DNA of 63,997 nucleotides, filler included, from Gonapodya sp. JEL0774 (Eukaryota): the NCBI GenBank assembly GCA_027604505.1. It is 5 parts of 5 records of this genome, joined end to end, with 100 filler letters (N's around TTAATTAATTAA, not from the genome) between each part and the next. Parts side by side here need not be neighbours in the genome. Positions count along the whole stretch, not along the records: positions 1 to 12,928 come from JADIIX010000333.1; 4 more parts are not named here. One strand, 5' to 3'. The notes beneath the pieces are model-generated. The model did no database searches, was not told the origin of the DNA, and was given only the letters and a program-made list of their open reading frames with translations. How positions within the stretch are numbered: position 1 is the first letter of the stretch; each line of letters opens with the position of its first letter. The position numbers were made by a program, and so were the translations under genes. Positions 1 through 13,028 of the stretch are shown piece after piece.

Positions 1-149
1 AAGCCCATTGTGTTTAGTGCCAAGTAAAACGAGTCCCACAATGGGGGGACGTTCCAACCGTCATGAAACTGAAGTCCGGGGGGGCCCCCCGCCCCCCCAA
101 CAAAGAGAGGAAGGGGGAGGGGTTTGGACAATGAATGGGCGAAGGAAAC

Positions 150-1425
150 GATGACGTTTGGAATGCCCAAGAACGCGCGTAAGTGTTCCATCAAGACACG
201 GCAAAAGTCCCCTTCCACATCGAAATCACTACAACTAGAGAACACACGAGTCACACGCCTCTTCAAACATTCCTGCTTGATAGCTCTGTACCATGTTGTC
301 GGACGGTTTGACGCCCATCTATCCCCGTTCGTTCTCTTGGGTATCGAGCCTTCACCCAGACACGCACCTTTGCGCTGCCGGCTCCACCAGCAGTCCATCT
401 TCTTCATCCCCTCGACCTGCCAAACTGCGGACGCCGCCGAACCCTTTGGAGGCCGGAGTGGTCTTTTGAAGGCGGGCGGCCAACAACGGCGCGGACGATG
501 TGGCGAGTTCAAAGTGGTCGCTGAGGTGGAGAAGGAGTTTTGTGCGCCGGTCTGTGGAGAGGAAAATTCGGTGGGAGGGATAAAAGGGCTTGAGATTGGG
601 CTATAAAGGGTGGGTTATGAAGGTGGGCAAGAACACAGACCGATGCTCTCCACAGACGCAACATCCCAGTTCTCGAGATAATCTTGCGCTTGGGAAAGGG
701 ACGCGGAGAGCTGGGGCCAGACATGGTGGATGGGAGGTGGGGGGACGTGTGGTATGTACAGTTCGGACAGGGTGACCCCCGTGATGGTAGTGCAAGAGTT
801 CTCCGTTACACACTCTCAAGCTCTCGCAAGTCAATTTATGTGGCCAAGCCCGGTCGTTCCCTAGCACACCGATTCGAGGTTGCGGGAACGCCGACCTTCG
901 TCCTGTGTTCAAGGGGAAGTAGTCCGATTGCAACAAGCCACAGCATCGTTTGCGTTCATTTCCAGTATTCCAAAATTTCCATGCTGCCCCCTCTCCACAC
1001 AGCGAGTAGTATATCGTAGCAGGTCTCGGATGCGTAACCGATATCCGCTTCAAGCCCCAACGACCCGACATACCTGGATTTCTCTCGCCTGAATATCAAG
1101 AATCTCTCTCATCAAATCCATCAGCTCTGCGGGCAGATCGGGCTCGGCGAACGCCGGGTCGATTGGCGTCTACAACACAGAAAAGGGAACGAGCGGTTCA
1201 ATTGAGGCCACAACTCTGATGTGCAACATTGCGAGACTGGGCTCTCTCTAGTGATTTGGAAAAAGCAAAGAAATTTACGGGATCGGGGATTTTGAATCCG
1301 AGGTTTTTGGCGATTGCGAGGGAGTTTTCAAGAGCTCGGAGAGACGGAGACGCAGACGACGTGGAGAGTGGGGTTGGAGGTTGGGCAGGCTGGACTCGTG
1401 GTGCTCGGTTTAATCGGGTTGCCAT
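150..1425 (-). CDS. Augmin subunit HAUS2-like protein (multi-exon; 3' end uncertain)
   Basis: Splicing exons ~1425-1279, 1169-1074, ~709-640, ~551-369 and ~225-150 gives ...DIQAREIQLSASLSQAQDYLENWDVASVESIDRRTKLLLHLSDHFE...LAARLQK...LLVEPAAQRDF. This aligns without gaps to my recollection of HAUS2 (NIQAEIYQ...TADVV...NNHLE...LRQRLLK...LPIEAVYH). Confidence 0.55.
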
Positions 1426-1609
1426 CCTGTCTGCGTTTGGGATCTGAGTATGTGTTCACTCAAGGGGGTGGGGATGTCCGTGGTCCAAGGAGCGTGCACC
1501 AGTCGATGATCCACGGGACGGATGCAAAAGTATTATGCTATTCTGTCATAAATCATCTCGTAATTCAGTAACTAATTTTGCTTTATTCTCGAAATGTCAG
1601 CGGGCGTTG

Positions 1610-2581
1610 ATGAACGATTTCGTGTGTGGTCACCCACAGTCCAGTACAGCCGTTTGCAGCACTCAGAACTCCGACGCTATTACATCCCCCATCCTGGCCC
1701 CGCTCACCGGCAAACGGATCTTTGCTCTTTCTCTTTTACCCTCTACCGTTGCCTTCTCTGCGTTTCTTGTCCACCGCTATTCTCCACGTTTATTCTCTTC
1801 TTTGCCGACTCCGATCGTCCTTCCCCATACAGCATCGAATGAAGACCTGGCCGCAGAAAGGGCCCGTGCTGGTGGAAAAGTGCCGGTTTATCGTGCTCCG
1901 GAGAAGATCGTGAAAAGCGAAGAGGAGTGGAAGAGCCAGTTGGGGTTTATGGAGTACAATGTTTTGCGATTGGGGGGCACGGAAAGGCCCGGCAGTGGCG
2001 TGGTGGAGGGGGAAGAACACCTGAGTGGGGACAAAGAGAACTATAAGATCACGGGTGTGTATGAGTGTAAAGGGTGCGGCGGGGAGCTCTTCACAGCGGA
2101 TACAAAATTTGCTACCGGGACCGGTTGGCCGGGGTAAGTTTCGATGGTGAAAGAAGAGTGATGTACATCAATTGGAATCACTTGATTCTGCACTTACAGT
2201 GACACCTTAGCTGTCCCAAGTTTCATTGCGAGGATGCCAGATGTAGCCGGATCGAACGACGAGCTGACATTCACATATCACCACACCTGCCTCGCCCTTG
2301 CCATCTCCCTTTACTCAATTCGTCTTATTGCCTCCCCACTCCCGACCAGGTTCTTCGCCAGCATCCCCAGCGCCCTGACCGAACACCTTGACCACTCCCT
2401 CTCCACAACTCGCACGGAAATCAGATGCGCGAGGTGCTCAGGTCACTTGGGACACGTTTTCCGTGGCGAAGGATACCGTACACCGACAGATGAGCGCAAT
2501 TGTGTCAATGCGGCTGCCATTAGGTACAGAAAGGATGGGGTTGGAAGATGGTGGGGGTATAGCCCGGAAGTTGCTACCTAA
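1610..2581 (+). CDS. msrB: Peptide methionine-R-sulfoxide reductase MsrB (2 exons: to 2133, 2350-2581; start uncertain)
   Basis: Motifs KSEEEWK, VLRLGGTERP, CKGC, GTGWPGF, EIRCARCSGHLGHVF and catalytic RNCVN; GT-AG intron 2134-2349. Confidence 0.92.
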
Positions 2582-2892
2582 GCGGAATTACGTTTCAAAG
2601 CATAAAAGATTTGTTCTCTTTGAATCATGAACAATCATTTTTGCTTTAAGTGATTGGGCTTGAACTGTGCACTTCGGCGTGGCCACCCACAAGTCATTGC
2701 CTTCGCAATCAAACCACCAACTCTCATTTCAAACTCCTCGTAAGTCGGCAGCGAATCCCGGATCACTGCTTGCAATCACCTCTCCTGTCTTGTACTTTCG
2801 CTGATCCGAGTTTCTCGACCCTCGTGCGTGCTTCCTCGCTACGTCTGGTTGTGTCGCCAGCCCCTCGTTCCTCCCAGAAAACTCCCCCAGCA

Positions 2893-4371
2893 ATGCTTGA
2901 AGCACGAATGCCCCAAGGTACGTAGCGTTTCAGTGCTTGCAGATTTGCGTGCTACGTGGTCGGATCAGAGGTTCATATCACTATTGCTCCTGACCTTGTC
3001 AAAATCGCCGAATCCCGCAATTTTCGTCAAACCCCCATCACTCACTCACTTTCTCCCCCTTCCGCCCCGCATCGCTTTCCGCCACTCAGGCGCCGTCCTT
3101 CGCAAATGCATCGACGCCATCAAAGACCTCGTCTCTGACGGCAATTTTGATTGCAACGACTCTGGCATCGCCCTCCAAGCCATGGACAACTCCCACGTGG
3201 CCCTGGTCAACCTCTTCCTTCGAGCATCGGGATTCGACCCATACAGGTGTGACCGGAACTTGACTCTGGGTGTCAATTTGGCGAGCTTTGCGAAGGTTCT
3301 CAAGTGTATGGGCAACGATGACGTGGTAACGGTCAAGGCAGAGGATGATGGCGATACCGTTGGAATGCTGTTTGAAAGCAAAGGTGTGTGTTACTGATTT
3401 GATTTTTGTTGTGAGGATTTGGAGAGAACAATGGCGGAGAGGAAACTCTTGTGTTGGTGGGAACGAGCTTGACGGTTGGATCAACCGACCCCAAACCCGT
3501 CGAATTTATTTGTTTTCAGAAAAGTATATCATGTAGTGACGAGGAGCAGTACCAAGGAGGGATTTGTCCTGAATCGCTGTCCCATTCCCTTGGAATGCTC
3601 ACCAACCGAGCTTCTCACACACTCCACCTCCCACGCCCTCCTCCTCCACGCCGGATCTACGCTTCTCAACCGCTTTGCAGATGGTGGCCGCGTCTCTGAA
3701 TTTGAGCTGAAACTCGTCGACATCGACTCTGAGCATCTCGGCATACCAGACACCAACTACGACGCCATTGTATCCATGTCCGCATCCGAGTTCCAGAGAA
3801 TTTGCAGGGATTTGGCGGTTTTGGGCGAGTCGGGTGAGTCAAGGATGAGCTTCGAAGAGGTTGGGGATCTCGACCTAAAATCACGCATTGACGTGTCGCA
3901 CTTTGCAAATTTCCCCCTTCAGTTATAATTGACGTCTCTAAAGACGGAGTTAAATTTTCGGCGTCGGGTGAACAGGGAACAGGGAGCATCACCGTCAAGC
4001 AGGGCGCCAGTGTAGACAAGGTATACAGTGGTGAAGGGTCAATTGTGATTGTAAATGCTAAAGTTCTTCTCTTTCGTTCTTTTCCAGGAATCGGAAGGAA
4101 CAACTATCAACCTCAACAGCGCCGTCCAGCTTACCTTCTCCCTTAAGTACCTTCAAAACTTCTCAAAGGCCACTGCCCTTGCCGAACAAGTGACACTCTC
4201 CTTATCGGCCGATGTGCCCTTGCTGGTCGAGTACACCATCGGCGAGGTAGGATACGTAAGGTACTATTTAGCGGTAAGTTATTGGGCGTTCCTGTTTGGT
4301 TTCCGATACATCATGGATAATGGTGGTTGTGCACTTCTCATCTGCAGCCCAAGATTGGTGACGAAAATTGA
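2893..4371 (+). CDS. PCNA: Proliferating cell nuclear antigen (6 exons: 2893-2917, 3090-3383, 3681-3833, 3923-4020, 4088-4273, 4348-4371)
   Basis: MLEAR..., [52 protein letters not shown]; splice phases are consistent. Confidence 0.97.
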
Positions 4372-4623
4372 GTGGAGCGTTTCTGAGGGGATGGTAGTAC
4401 CGTTCGCGAACTAAAATGTTTGAACGATTTCGGGAGTTGTTCTCTAAAACCATTCTTTTTTATCGCCTGGTGGCTTTGTGGGGACGGTGCCCGGCGGGAG
4501 TGGCAGGAGCAGGTTGGAGCGTAGCAAGAGTTCACGTTTGGATTGTAATTACATAATACCTTTCGCTGCATACTTCCCCACCTTCGTTTTCTCTGCCATT
4601 TCTTGCCAGAAACCGGACGGCTA

Positions 4624-5884
4624 TCATACAGTCTCTCTGGTGAGCCCCTCAGCCCTCCCTTCCACGAACATCCCTACCCAAACCTCGCCCGACTGTGTGG
4701 AAAGCCGGCCCGGGCCATGCATTCTGTAATGAACCGAACACTTGTAACACCAGAATCACCGAACGCAGAACAAGCTCCTTACCTTCCGTCGACCCACTCT
4801 CCTAAGTACCATGTGCCATCCGCCCACGCATATCGACCTTGACCGTGGTACTTGCCCTCTTTCCAGAACCCCTACAGTATGATTGCGAGTGTTGCAAGCA
4901 GGACGCCATGAAGAGCTATATCGGGGGGGTGCTCACCTCAAACGAAGCCTTCACATCATATTCCATAAGCAAGCTTTCGGCCGGGTTAGGTTTTTGCTCG
5001 ACAGGAAGAGCCTGGTTTGTGTTGGTATCACCAGAGGGCGCCCCGGATGCACTCAATGTCGCCCGCGAGGCGTCTTTGGCCTTGTCTCCGACCAAAACTG
5101 CACTCGCGCTCGTCACAGTGCCAACAGCACCTACAGCACCTGTGGCACCTGCTCCACTGCTGGCACTGCCCGCCCTCGAAGGTCCTGAACTGGCCTGGGG
5201 ACTTGGCAACTGTTGCGGTGTAGGAAGAGGAGGAAGCGGAGCTAATGCAGAGCTTGGGGCACTGGCACGAGATGCGTTCGACGTTTTCACCGAGCGAAGT
5301 TGGGTCGAAGATGTGGGGCGGGAGTAGTATGTTGCCGTGCCTTTGCCGTTGGGGCAGTCTGCTGCCCAGTCACCGGTGTAGGAAAACATGAGAGGTGGAC
5401 TAACAAGCTTTTAGAATTTTCATTGTGATTTGCAAAGCGGAAAATTGCAGATGAAGATTGCGCTTGATTCCTTAGGCGGACCCGGAGTAATGTCTCACTT
5501 TTCCTTGACCACTCCGAACGACCTGTCCCTGTTCATTCTCTTTGAATTCTCCATCTACCTCGATTCCGTCCACAGTAATCGCATTTCGATGGTAGCGAAG
5601 GTTTTATCATGGATACATTCGCAGTGAGCTCCAAACTCTGGCTTGACAACCGCCCGCCACGATCCGAACACCTCACCGTACCGAGAACCATCCGGAAAGA
5701 TGAAGATATTCGACTTCTGTTGTTGGGCTGTGGCTCCGACAAACGAGAATGAGTGGGAGCAGCGGTCGTATTTCGAGCGCCGGTTGGGTTTGATGAGCAA
5801 TAAATCCTTTGAGACGAGGATGAGCACCATCGAACCTGTATCCTTGCTAGTCGATTGCTTCTTAGCTTTTGCTGCTGCTGCCAT
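4624..5884 (-). CDS. MORN-repeat protein, MORN2-like (multi-exon)
   Basis: Spliced product has FPDGSRYDGEF...GQG, YTGDWAADCPNGKG, FEGFWKEGKYHGQGRYAWADGTWYLGEWVDGRMHGPG; stop TGA at 4626-4624. Confidence 0.8.
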
Positions 5885-6269
5885 TTTTGTATCAATCGGA
5901 GCTTTGTTGTATGTAGATTGTGGGTGTCACCAACTGTGGGGACGCAACGGAAACAGGCTAGGTCTGTAGCCTCTTTCCATGCCGTATCCCCAAACACTCT
6001 TTCATCCCTTTTATGAAGAATGTTCCACTTAGAATCATGATTGCCTTCACTGGGTCGTGTCGTGTGTTTTGATTTGTGATTGCTTGCAGATGCATTTCCC
6101 ACTTCATATGCAAAATTAAAATTCCCGTTGTGCCCACGTGAAGATAACGTTCGCGCACTGCGTTTTTGGTTCAGTTCTGAACATACAGGACTGAAGGTGC
6201 AGAAAAAGGCGCTCCCCGGCTGATGACTGATCGAACACAAACCCTCCATTCCATTATATTCTTGATTCG

Positions 6270-7928
6270 ATGGCAGCTGGAGCTAAAACCAAGTTTTCCT
6301 ACATCGCAGAGGATATGATCGATGATTCCCTCAAGTGTATCATCTGTATCGCTCCGTTTGAAGATCCCGTCATGCCTTGCCCGAACGGCCACGCATTCTG
6401 CAGGACCTGCATCGAACCAGGTGAGCTCAAAGAGAGCCATGGTCAACGATGATAAGCAGTAATGAAAATTGCTTTCCTTCCAACGTAATTTCTCCGTTAG
6501 TTTTGCATAAAAAGAAGATTTGCCCTACTTGCAGTTCCCCAATCTCTTCCCTGCCTCCAGTATTAGCCGTCAGACAGCTGTGTGCAAAACTACCTGTCTT
6601 CTGCCGGCACCGCTCCCTTGGCTGCAATGCTCAGGTTCCCCGCGATGGCCTCGACGCCCATCTGGCCATAGAATGCCAATATCCTCAGTGGCGATGCAAA
6701 GGCTGCTTGGAGATGGAGCCACGAACAGTCACACGCGCTGAACATAAGCCACGATGCTTGCAATTCTTGCCCATCGACTGTCCGTACCGTTTTGTCGATG
6801 GTGTTTCTACGCCGTTGTGCACATTTCGAGGTCTTCGCACAAATATGTCTTCTCATACAGAACACTGCGTGTTCAAACGTAAAAATGTGCAGGAAAGGAT
6901 CCGTCACGCAGAGCGGGAAGCGAAAATCGAAGTCAGCAGAGCGAGGGACTTGGAACACCTCACGACAGTCATCAAGCTCTCAACAGCACAAAAGCACATT
7001 CTTGAACTGCAACGAGGAGCTGCGAGATCTTCTCCTTTATCTCCTCTGAGTCCCCCTCAGTCTCCTCGATTCGGCCAACGCAGTGGAATTCTGGAGAAGA
7101 GAAAAAGTCCACCTGATCTTGATGGTATGTCAACTCTAATCAATTTCAGTGCAGCTGCTTATAGGAAGAATCTTTTTAGGAGACCACAAGCGGAATAAAT
7201 TGCAGCAGTCTGGTGCTGGAGAAACGGTGCAATTTTCTCTGATCGGACTCAAGCAATCCACACATACTTTGAAGGCATCAACAGATCTTACCATTGCTGG
7301 GTTGAAGGAAGAGCACTTTAAAAGAGACGGTGTTTCTCCGGACATGTACAGGCTCTCTTTGAACGATGTTCTGCTGCTTCCGGAGTGTTTCAAGTTAGCA
7401 GGTGCGTGTTCTCCTATTCTCATTCTGCGGGCGCTTGAACCAAATGGGATGATCACTTTAGATTTAAATCTCAACCCACAAAGTAAACTTGTGGCTGTCT
7501 CTATTCAAGACGTAGAAAGAGATCGTAAGCCGGGACAAAGTCTCTCAAACCTTCCTCCCGCACAACCGTCTACCCAACAACTTGAATGGAAGCTTCAAGT
7601 CATTCTCGCTTGGTCCTCAGACACGTATGAAATAGATGACATCAATCTCGACCCACGTCTAGGGACTTTTGGGATGGTCAAGAGACTCTTCAACGGACGA
7701 CAGAAAACGAAGGGGTTCATTGACGATCTTCCTCCATGTGATGTGTACACGCTTGAGCATGGGGAGCTTATGGATTACCAATTGGTCAAAGGTGAGTTGC
7801 ATTGTTCTGAAAAAGTGTGAAGGCGCTGAAGCTTTTGCTGACACATCCCAATAACAGCGCGACTTCAAAAGCCTACCACAATCTACCTGGTTCCGCGAGA
7901 GTACGTGGATCGTATTACGTCCAATTAA
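6270..7928 (+). CDS. RING finger + TRAF-type zinc fingers + coiled coil + ubiquitin-like domain protein (exons 6270-6420, 6501-7124, 7180-7791, ~7858-7928)
   Basis: C3HC4 RING CIIC...CPNGHAFCRTC...CPTC, then C-x6-C-x11-H-x4-C type fingers; Ubl-like segment TLKASTDLTIAGLKEEHFKRDGVSPDMYRLSL. Confidence 0.75.
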
Positions 7929-9633
7929 ATTTTTTGATTATAAACACACAACAGAGCGTTTCATATATATTGGTGTAATAATTAGAAAAGCTAAGTCGTT
8001 TTCATTGCTTCTGCAACGCAATAGGCAGAGCGGGCTTTGGAAGCCCGAAACCGTGTTGTGATCAGCCTTGGCTAAAAGTAATAGTTGCAGGTGTTTGTGA
8101 AGGGAACACGTATTGTATTAGTAGGCTGGTTTGACAGCCGCACTCACCTGGACCACGGACTTTTGTGCAGGCCCCGCGTGTGGTTTAATAGACGTTTCAG
8201 TTTACAGAATCGGAGGGACTAAGGTGAACCGCGAAACGTCTGGAATGGCACCCGATGCTGTGCCGCAGACAAAACATCGGGTGACTGCAAGTTAAATAAT
8301 GGCTTGACGCGTTCCATTCATAGTAAAATCTATTTTTCAAACGAGAATACATGTTTTTGCCACCGGCAAACTAAAACGTCTGTCAAACCAGACTAATGTA
8401 TTAAATAATGCAAAACTAAACAATGTTCACAAACTGAAGTAATGAACTTCAAACATCTGTGTGTTCCTTGCTCCCCTGCATACAAACGCCTCAAATGCAG
8501 GTACTCGTGGATTACTTGGGGATGACTGTAAAAGTGATGGTATCCAACAAGCAAGAACCAACAAATCAAGAAGCACAATGCAAGAACCGACAATACACAC
8601 CACAATGGTCGTCACTGGTAGCCTCATTGCTACTCGAGCAAGCGCACGGGTGAGATCGTTCACCGTTCGGAATTGTAGTATAGCTGAGTTTTTGGTGACG
8701 TTAAACACAGTTCCCATTGGAGTGACAGTGGGGGCCGGAAGTGGGGACGCCTGAACAAGCTCGGCGACCACTGCAGCTATCGTTCAGTTTGGATCATTTT
8801 GAGCGTGGATTTCAGGAATGTCGGCGACCAGGAGGAGGAAAGGATCAGGTTCGACTTCAATGGTCTCTTCGATCTTTCCGGCTCGGAATCTTCCAGGGAT
8901 GTCAAACATATGCTCCTCGCGCTTCAGCCGAGGAACAAAACTTGTAGCGTTCTCGGTTCGTGACAACATCGACAGTAGTAAATGTGTTATTTAGCTCAGA
9001 ATTGAGCAGTTCCCCAACGACCTTTTTTTAGGATCAAACGGTTTAAGCGGCCCTTCCTGCATTTCACTGTAGCGGAAGAGGAAAAGATTGATGGTGTACT
9101 ATTCTAATAGAAAGGTGGAATAAGGCAAACACATTAGTGTCCATTTCAGCTTGACCTTGAAAGTTGAGTAACTTTTCCTGCATACATATGGATAAGATGA
9201 AAATGAGATTGAAAGATAAACCTGGCTAAACTGTGAACTTGTGAGAAGCTTTCTGCAACAGTTGGCGCGGCGGATATCATGCAGAATCGGAAGAGAAAAA
9301 CGTGATCCGATCTTTCGGGTGGAACCGGGAAGGTTCAACAAGGGAATTGAATAATTACTCGCCGGTGCACCGACCTCAGGGCGCCGGAAACCGGGATACA
9401 CCAATATCAAAGCAAGCGCGGAATTGCGAATCTAATAAGCTTGCGCTGACAAGACGCGAGGACAAAGGACGGGAACCGACCTTGTCGCCCGCCCCCTCCC
9501 TCCACCCCCATCCCGAGTAGAGGACGCCGACAGCCCTTGAACAGCTCCTCAGCTTCTCTCGATAGCGAACCGCCTTCTTAACAATACGCACTCTCCCCCT
9601 TTCATCTCCCTGAGCTCAAAGTCGATGGCAATA

Positions 9634-11124
9634 ATGTCGGCCCCACCGCAGCAGAACGTTCCATCCAACAGCACACCCATGGCTCTCGGCGACTTCTTCG
9701 CCAGCGAAATTCGTGAACTCGACCTTCAGCGTGGCTGGAAGTATGCGGTTCGGAATCCGTCACAGTACCAGGGACGGAGGCTCGAGGTGGGTCTCGTGAC
9801 CGAGACACATGCAAACCTCGCACATGTCCGGGGTCATCTCCACATCCAAGAACGCTTCGTACTTGCTTCCAGCCGCTGACTTCCCTTGCACATCTGTTTC
9901 TTCTTTATTTGTGTGCAGTATGTCAGCTGGCGTAAGTGGTTCCAACAAAAGTTTCACCTGCCGACGTTGCCGCCTGAACAATTGAACTGGTGCGTGAATT
10001 TGGGCTGCCACCAATAAACCACCGTTACCGTTTCCGCACGATATCTGAATTGTTTGTTTTGACTTTTCCCCAGGGCCCGTGACCCCAATGAGTGCTGGCT
10101 CTATGGTCCCATCCCCTGTCCCTCCACGGGCGACTTCTCACGCCCTGCTTCCCGTCCCTCAGCAATCCGAGCTACGCCGCCTCACAACGCACTTTCTCCT
10201 TATCTGGAGCAATTGAACCTCTTTGGTGCCGATCCTGCAACATGCCGTGCGCTGAAGGGCTCTTTGTCGCGTCGGGATCTTCGCCGGGGCACCCTCACCG
10301 CCCCGGACTGTGACCAAACAGTGCCGGTATCCAGCGCGTTAACATCCATTGGCTCTGACGACCGCCGCCTCGCAGCCTTTGTGAAGCATGTGAACAAGGC
10401 GCACGTTGAGCATATCGTTGCCCCAATGGCACCTATTTCGCCCCCAACCACCATCTTCGCGTCCACCCCTGGCCCTTCTTCGGCGCTCCCACACTCAGCC
10501 AGTATCAAAGCCTCACCGGGCCCTCTCCGCAGCCCGAAAACCTCCCGTGAGCTCCATCACTCTTCCTCATCGCGCCGTGTGAACCGTACTGCAGCCGCTC
10601 GTGCGAACAGCCTTCGCCGCGCCTCCGCTAACGCCGCTCGCACGCTCTCTCTTGCTGCTGCATCTCTCGGGGCCACGGCAAACACTGCGACCCCAACACG
10701 GCGCGCTGTCTCGGATATATCTGTTCCCTCGCAAACTGCCGATTCTGCCCTCATTTCCTCGAGCAGGCGCACACGATTTGCCTCCGGAACTGACCAGCGG
10801 GACTCTCAGAGAGTGCCTTTCTACTTTGAGGAGGATGATGATGACGACAGCGTTAACGATCTTGAGTCTGAACAGGGACGAGACCTCGCCAAGACGAGTG
10901 CAGGCCCGTCATCATCGTACCCTGTGGGAACGCGTGCATCGGGTGGCTCGTCACCCATGTCGTTGGATCCGGAAGTCGATTCGGACGGTGAATGTGACGA
11001 CGAGGTTGCGTACAAGAATTTGGGGAAGCAGCCTCAAGACACTTCGGTGTCCGAGTATGCGACAGCGGGGCAGAAAGGACGATCTAGATCGTGGTCCGTG
11101 GGCGCGGGCAAGTTGTCCATTTGA
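9634..11124 (+). CDS. Reg1/DUF1752-like protein (PP1 regulator family N-terminal motif; exons 9634-9786, 9919-9989, 10074-11124)
   Basis: Spliced GWKYAV...RRLEYVSWRKWFQQKFHLPTLPPEQLNWARDPNECWLYGP matches the recalled Reg1-family RLENASWRxW...LNW.KD.D..WLYGP motif; followed by a low-complexity tail. Confidence 0.7.
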
Positions 11125-12069
11125 GTGTGTTTGGTGAGTCGATCCCGGTCTTGCTCTTGACTGATGGGTGGGAGTTCATTCTTTGACGCTTATTCTTGGT
11201 TGTTGAACTCACAGACGCGAACGACAATGTCAACTGCATCATCTGATCATCTGGCGTGCTTCTTTGTTTTTGTTCCCACAACTCAATCCTAAAAAATCCA
11301 CCCACGGCTGTTCACTTTCTCTCACATTCTACGAGTATGCGATTATGGAATCGACCGCGCGGAATCGGCCGACTAACCTGTCAACACACAATCATCTACA
11401 CCAAAAAGCGACAAACTCATCTCGTTCCGAATTTTTTTAGTCTCTTGTTCTTTGGATATCTCTTTTTGCCACACGGATCTTTTCAATTTGGTTCCCTCTT
11501 CACCATCTTCGTGGATTCTCTGCTCATTCTGAAAACTGGTCATCCAACCTCAAACAAAAAAAAAAAAAAAGGCGAAAGTTTTCCGCATCTCCCATTTTGT
11601 ACGATATTTTACTTCCCGTTGGATGGAACAGTAGCGGTTGGTTTTGGGCGACCGCGGACGAAGCAAAGACGAACATTGTTTCTGCCCGTTTAGCGTGATT
11701 GGTGGAGCAGGTTAACAGATAATGGGGTAGTTAGGTTTTCTTCTTTTCTTTTTTTTTTCAGAGAGAGTACAGTCTGTCCGAGAGTGACACAATAATAGTT
11801 TGTTCAAACCTCGAACTGTGATACATTTGGGACCACTTCCCATGGAGAGTCTGCGCTAATACTTTCACATTATACTTATTCGACAACAGTGTGATACTAC
11901 TGGTATATGCAGTTCCGTGCAAGAAAGTCAATCTATCGAGCAATAATGCCCCTCGTTGTCCCATGGTTGGTATAGTAGACATGGCACAACAAAATATATG
12001 CAAGATGGTCCCCGTTCGGTGTTTCTCACTCCATTACAACGCCAAATCTTTTGTTCTTTTTAACAATCG

Positions 12070-12768
12070 TCATTCCGAAATCCTTCGGTAGTATGCCGCG
12101 CCTTGCACGGCCCCAACGAATGTGCACTGATCCTCCAGCAACTGTTGGGTGATACCTAGCAAAGGGAGAAACGTCCCATAAGAAAACCGATATCAAGGCC
12201 ATCAATGGCTTCGACGAAGTAGAGAAAGCAGCATGGTATTTTCAATACCTTGCCCGTTAGAGAACGGCAAAAACATCTCCATTTTTGCGAGATGTTCGAG
12301 ATCTTGAGGTGTCGGCAAGCGTCCAGCTTCGACGCGACAAGAGTGAATTGTTGCGGTGAGATAGCGGTGAATGCCGTGCAGCTCCACGGAAAACTCTTTC
12401 GTATCCGCATCGTACTCCGCAACAACACGCAAGTATGTGTGCTTTTCAGTTTTTGGCTTGGAAGCTTCGTCGAGAGCGGTCACCATTTCCTCGATGCCAA
12501 AGAATTCTGCTTCTGCTCTCAGCGCCGGTAACAAGTTATGATGGTGCACTCGCAGCTGTCTTGACCTCAAGTACAGTAGAATAGAATCGAATAGGAGCGG
12601 ATCACGATCCAGGAACAGTCTGCCTTCGGCATCTGTGATTGCCGGAGGGCGGAGATGAATGTCGTTAAACATTCCCGCGAAATAATCCGATTTAGAGACC
12701 AGAGTGTCCATCGTGGTTGAAAATGGAGTTCCTCCGACATTAAGACGGAGTATTCGATCGGTCGGCAT
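12070..12768 (-). CDS. BTB/POZ (KCTD/T1-type) domain protein (exons 12768-12249, 12155-12070)
   Basis: LRLNVGGTPFSTTMDTL...YFAGMF...LFLDRDPLLFDSILLYLR...LRAEAEFFGI. Confidence 0.9.
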
Positions 12769-12928
12769 GCGAGGGGAAAAGCAGCTCTCAAATCAAATGT
12801 GAGAATATTTCCTGTAGTTGTGCAACCCCCAATTGGATCGCACCGCGTCCCTGCGGATAACAGAATTCTGGGGCACCCCATATGGGGTGGTCCCTGCTTC
12901 GGATGCTTTGCCACACCCCAGATGAGAA

Positions 12929-13028
12929 NNNNNNNNNNNNNNNNNNNNNNNNNNNNNNNNNNNNNNNNNNNNTTAATTAATTAANNNNNNNNNNNNNNNN
13001 NNNNNNNNNNNNNNNNNNNNNNNNNNNN
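12929..13028. other. Artificial contig-joining spacer
   Basis: N44-TTAATTAATTAA-N44 (stops in all frames). Confidence 0.99.

Noticed and set aside
8140..8270. Possible U1-like or structured ncRNA (CACTCACCTGG, GACGTTTC...GAAACGTC hairpin)
   Set aside because: Better explained as a minus-strand splice donor plus a chance stem; no snRNA or tRNA features.
8427..9340. Minus-strand ORFs with a hydrophobic segment
   Set aside because: Could not build a consistent spliced model or recognise a domain.
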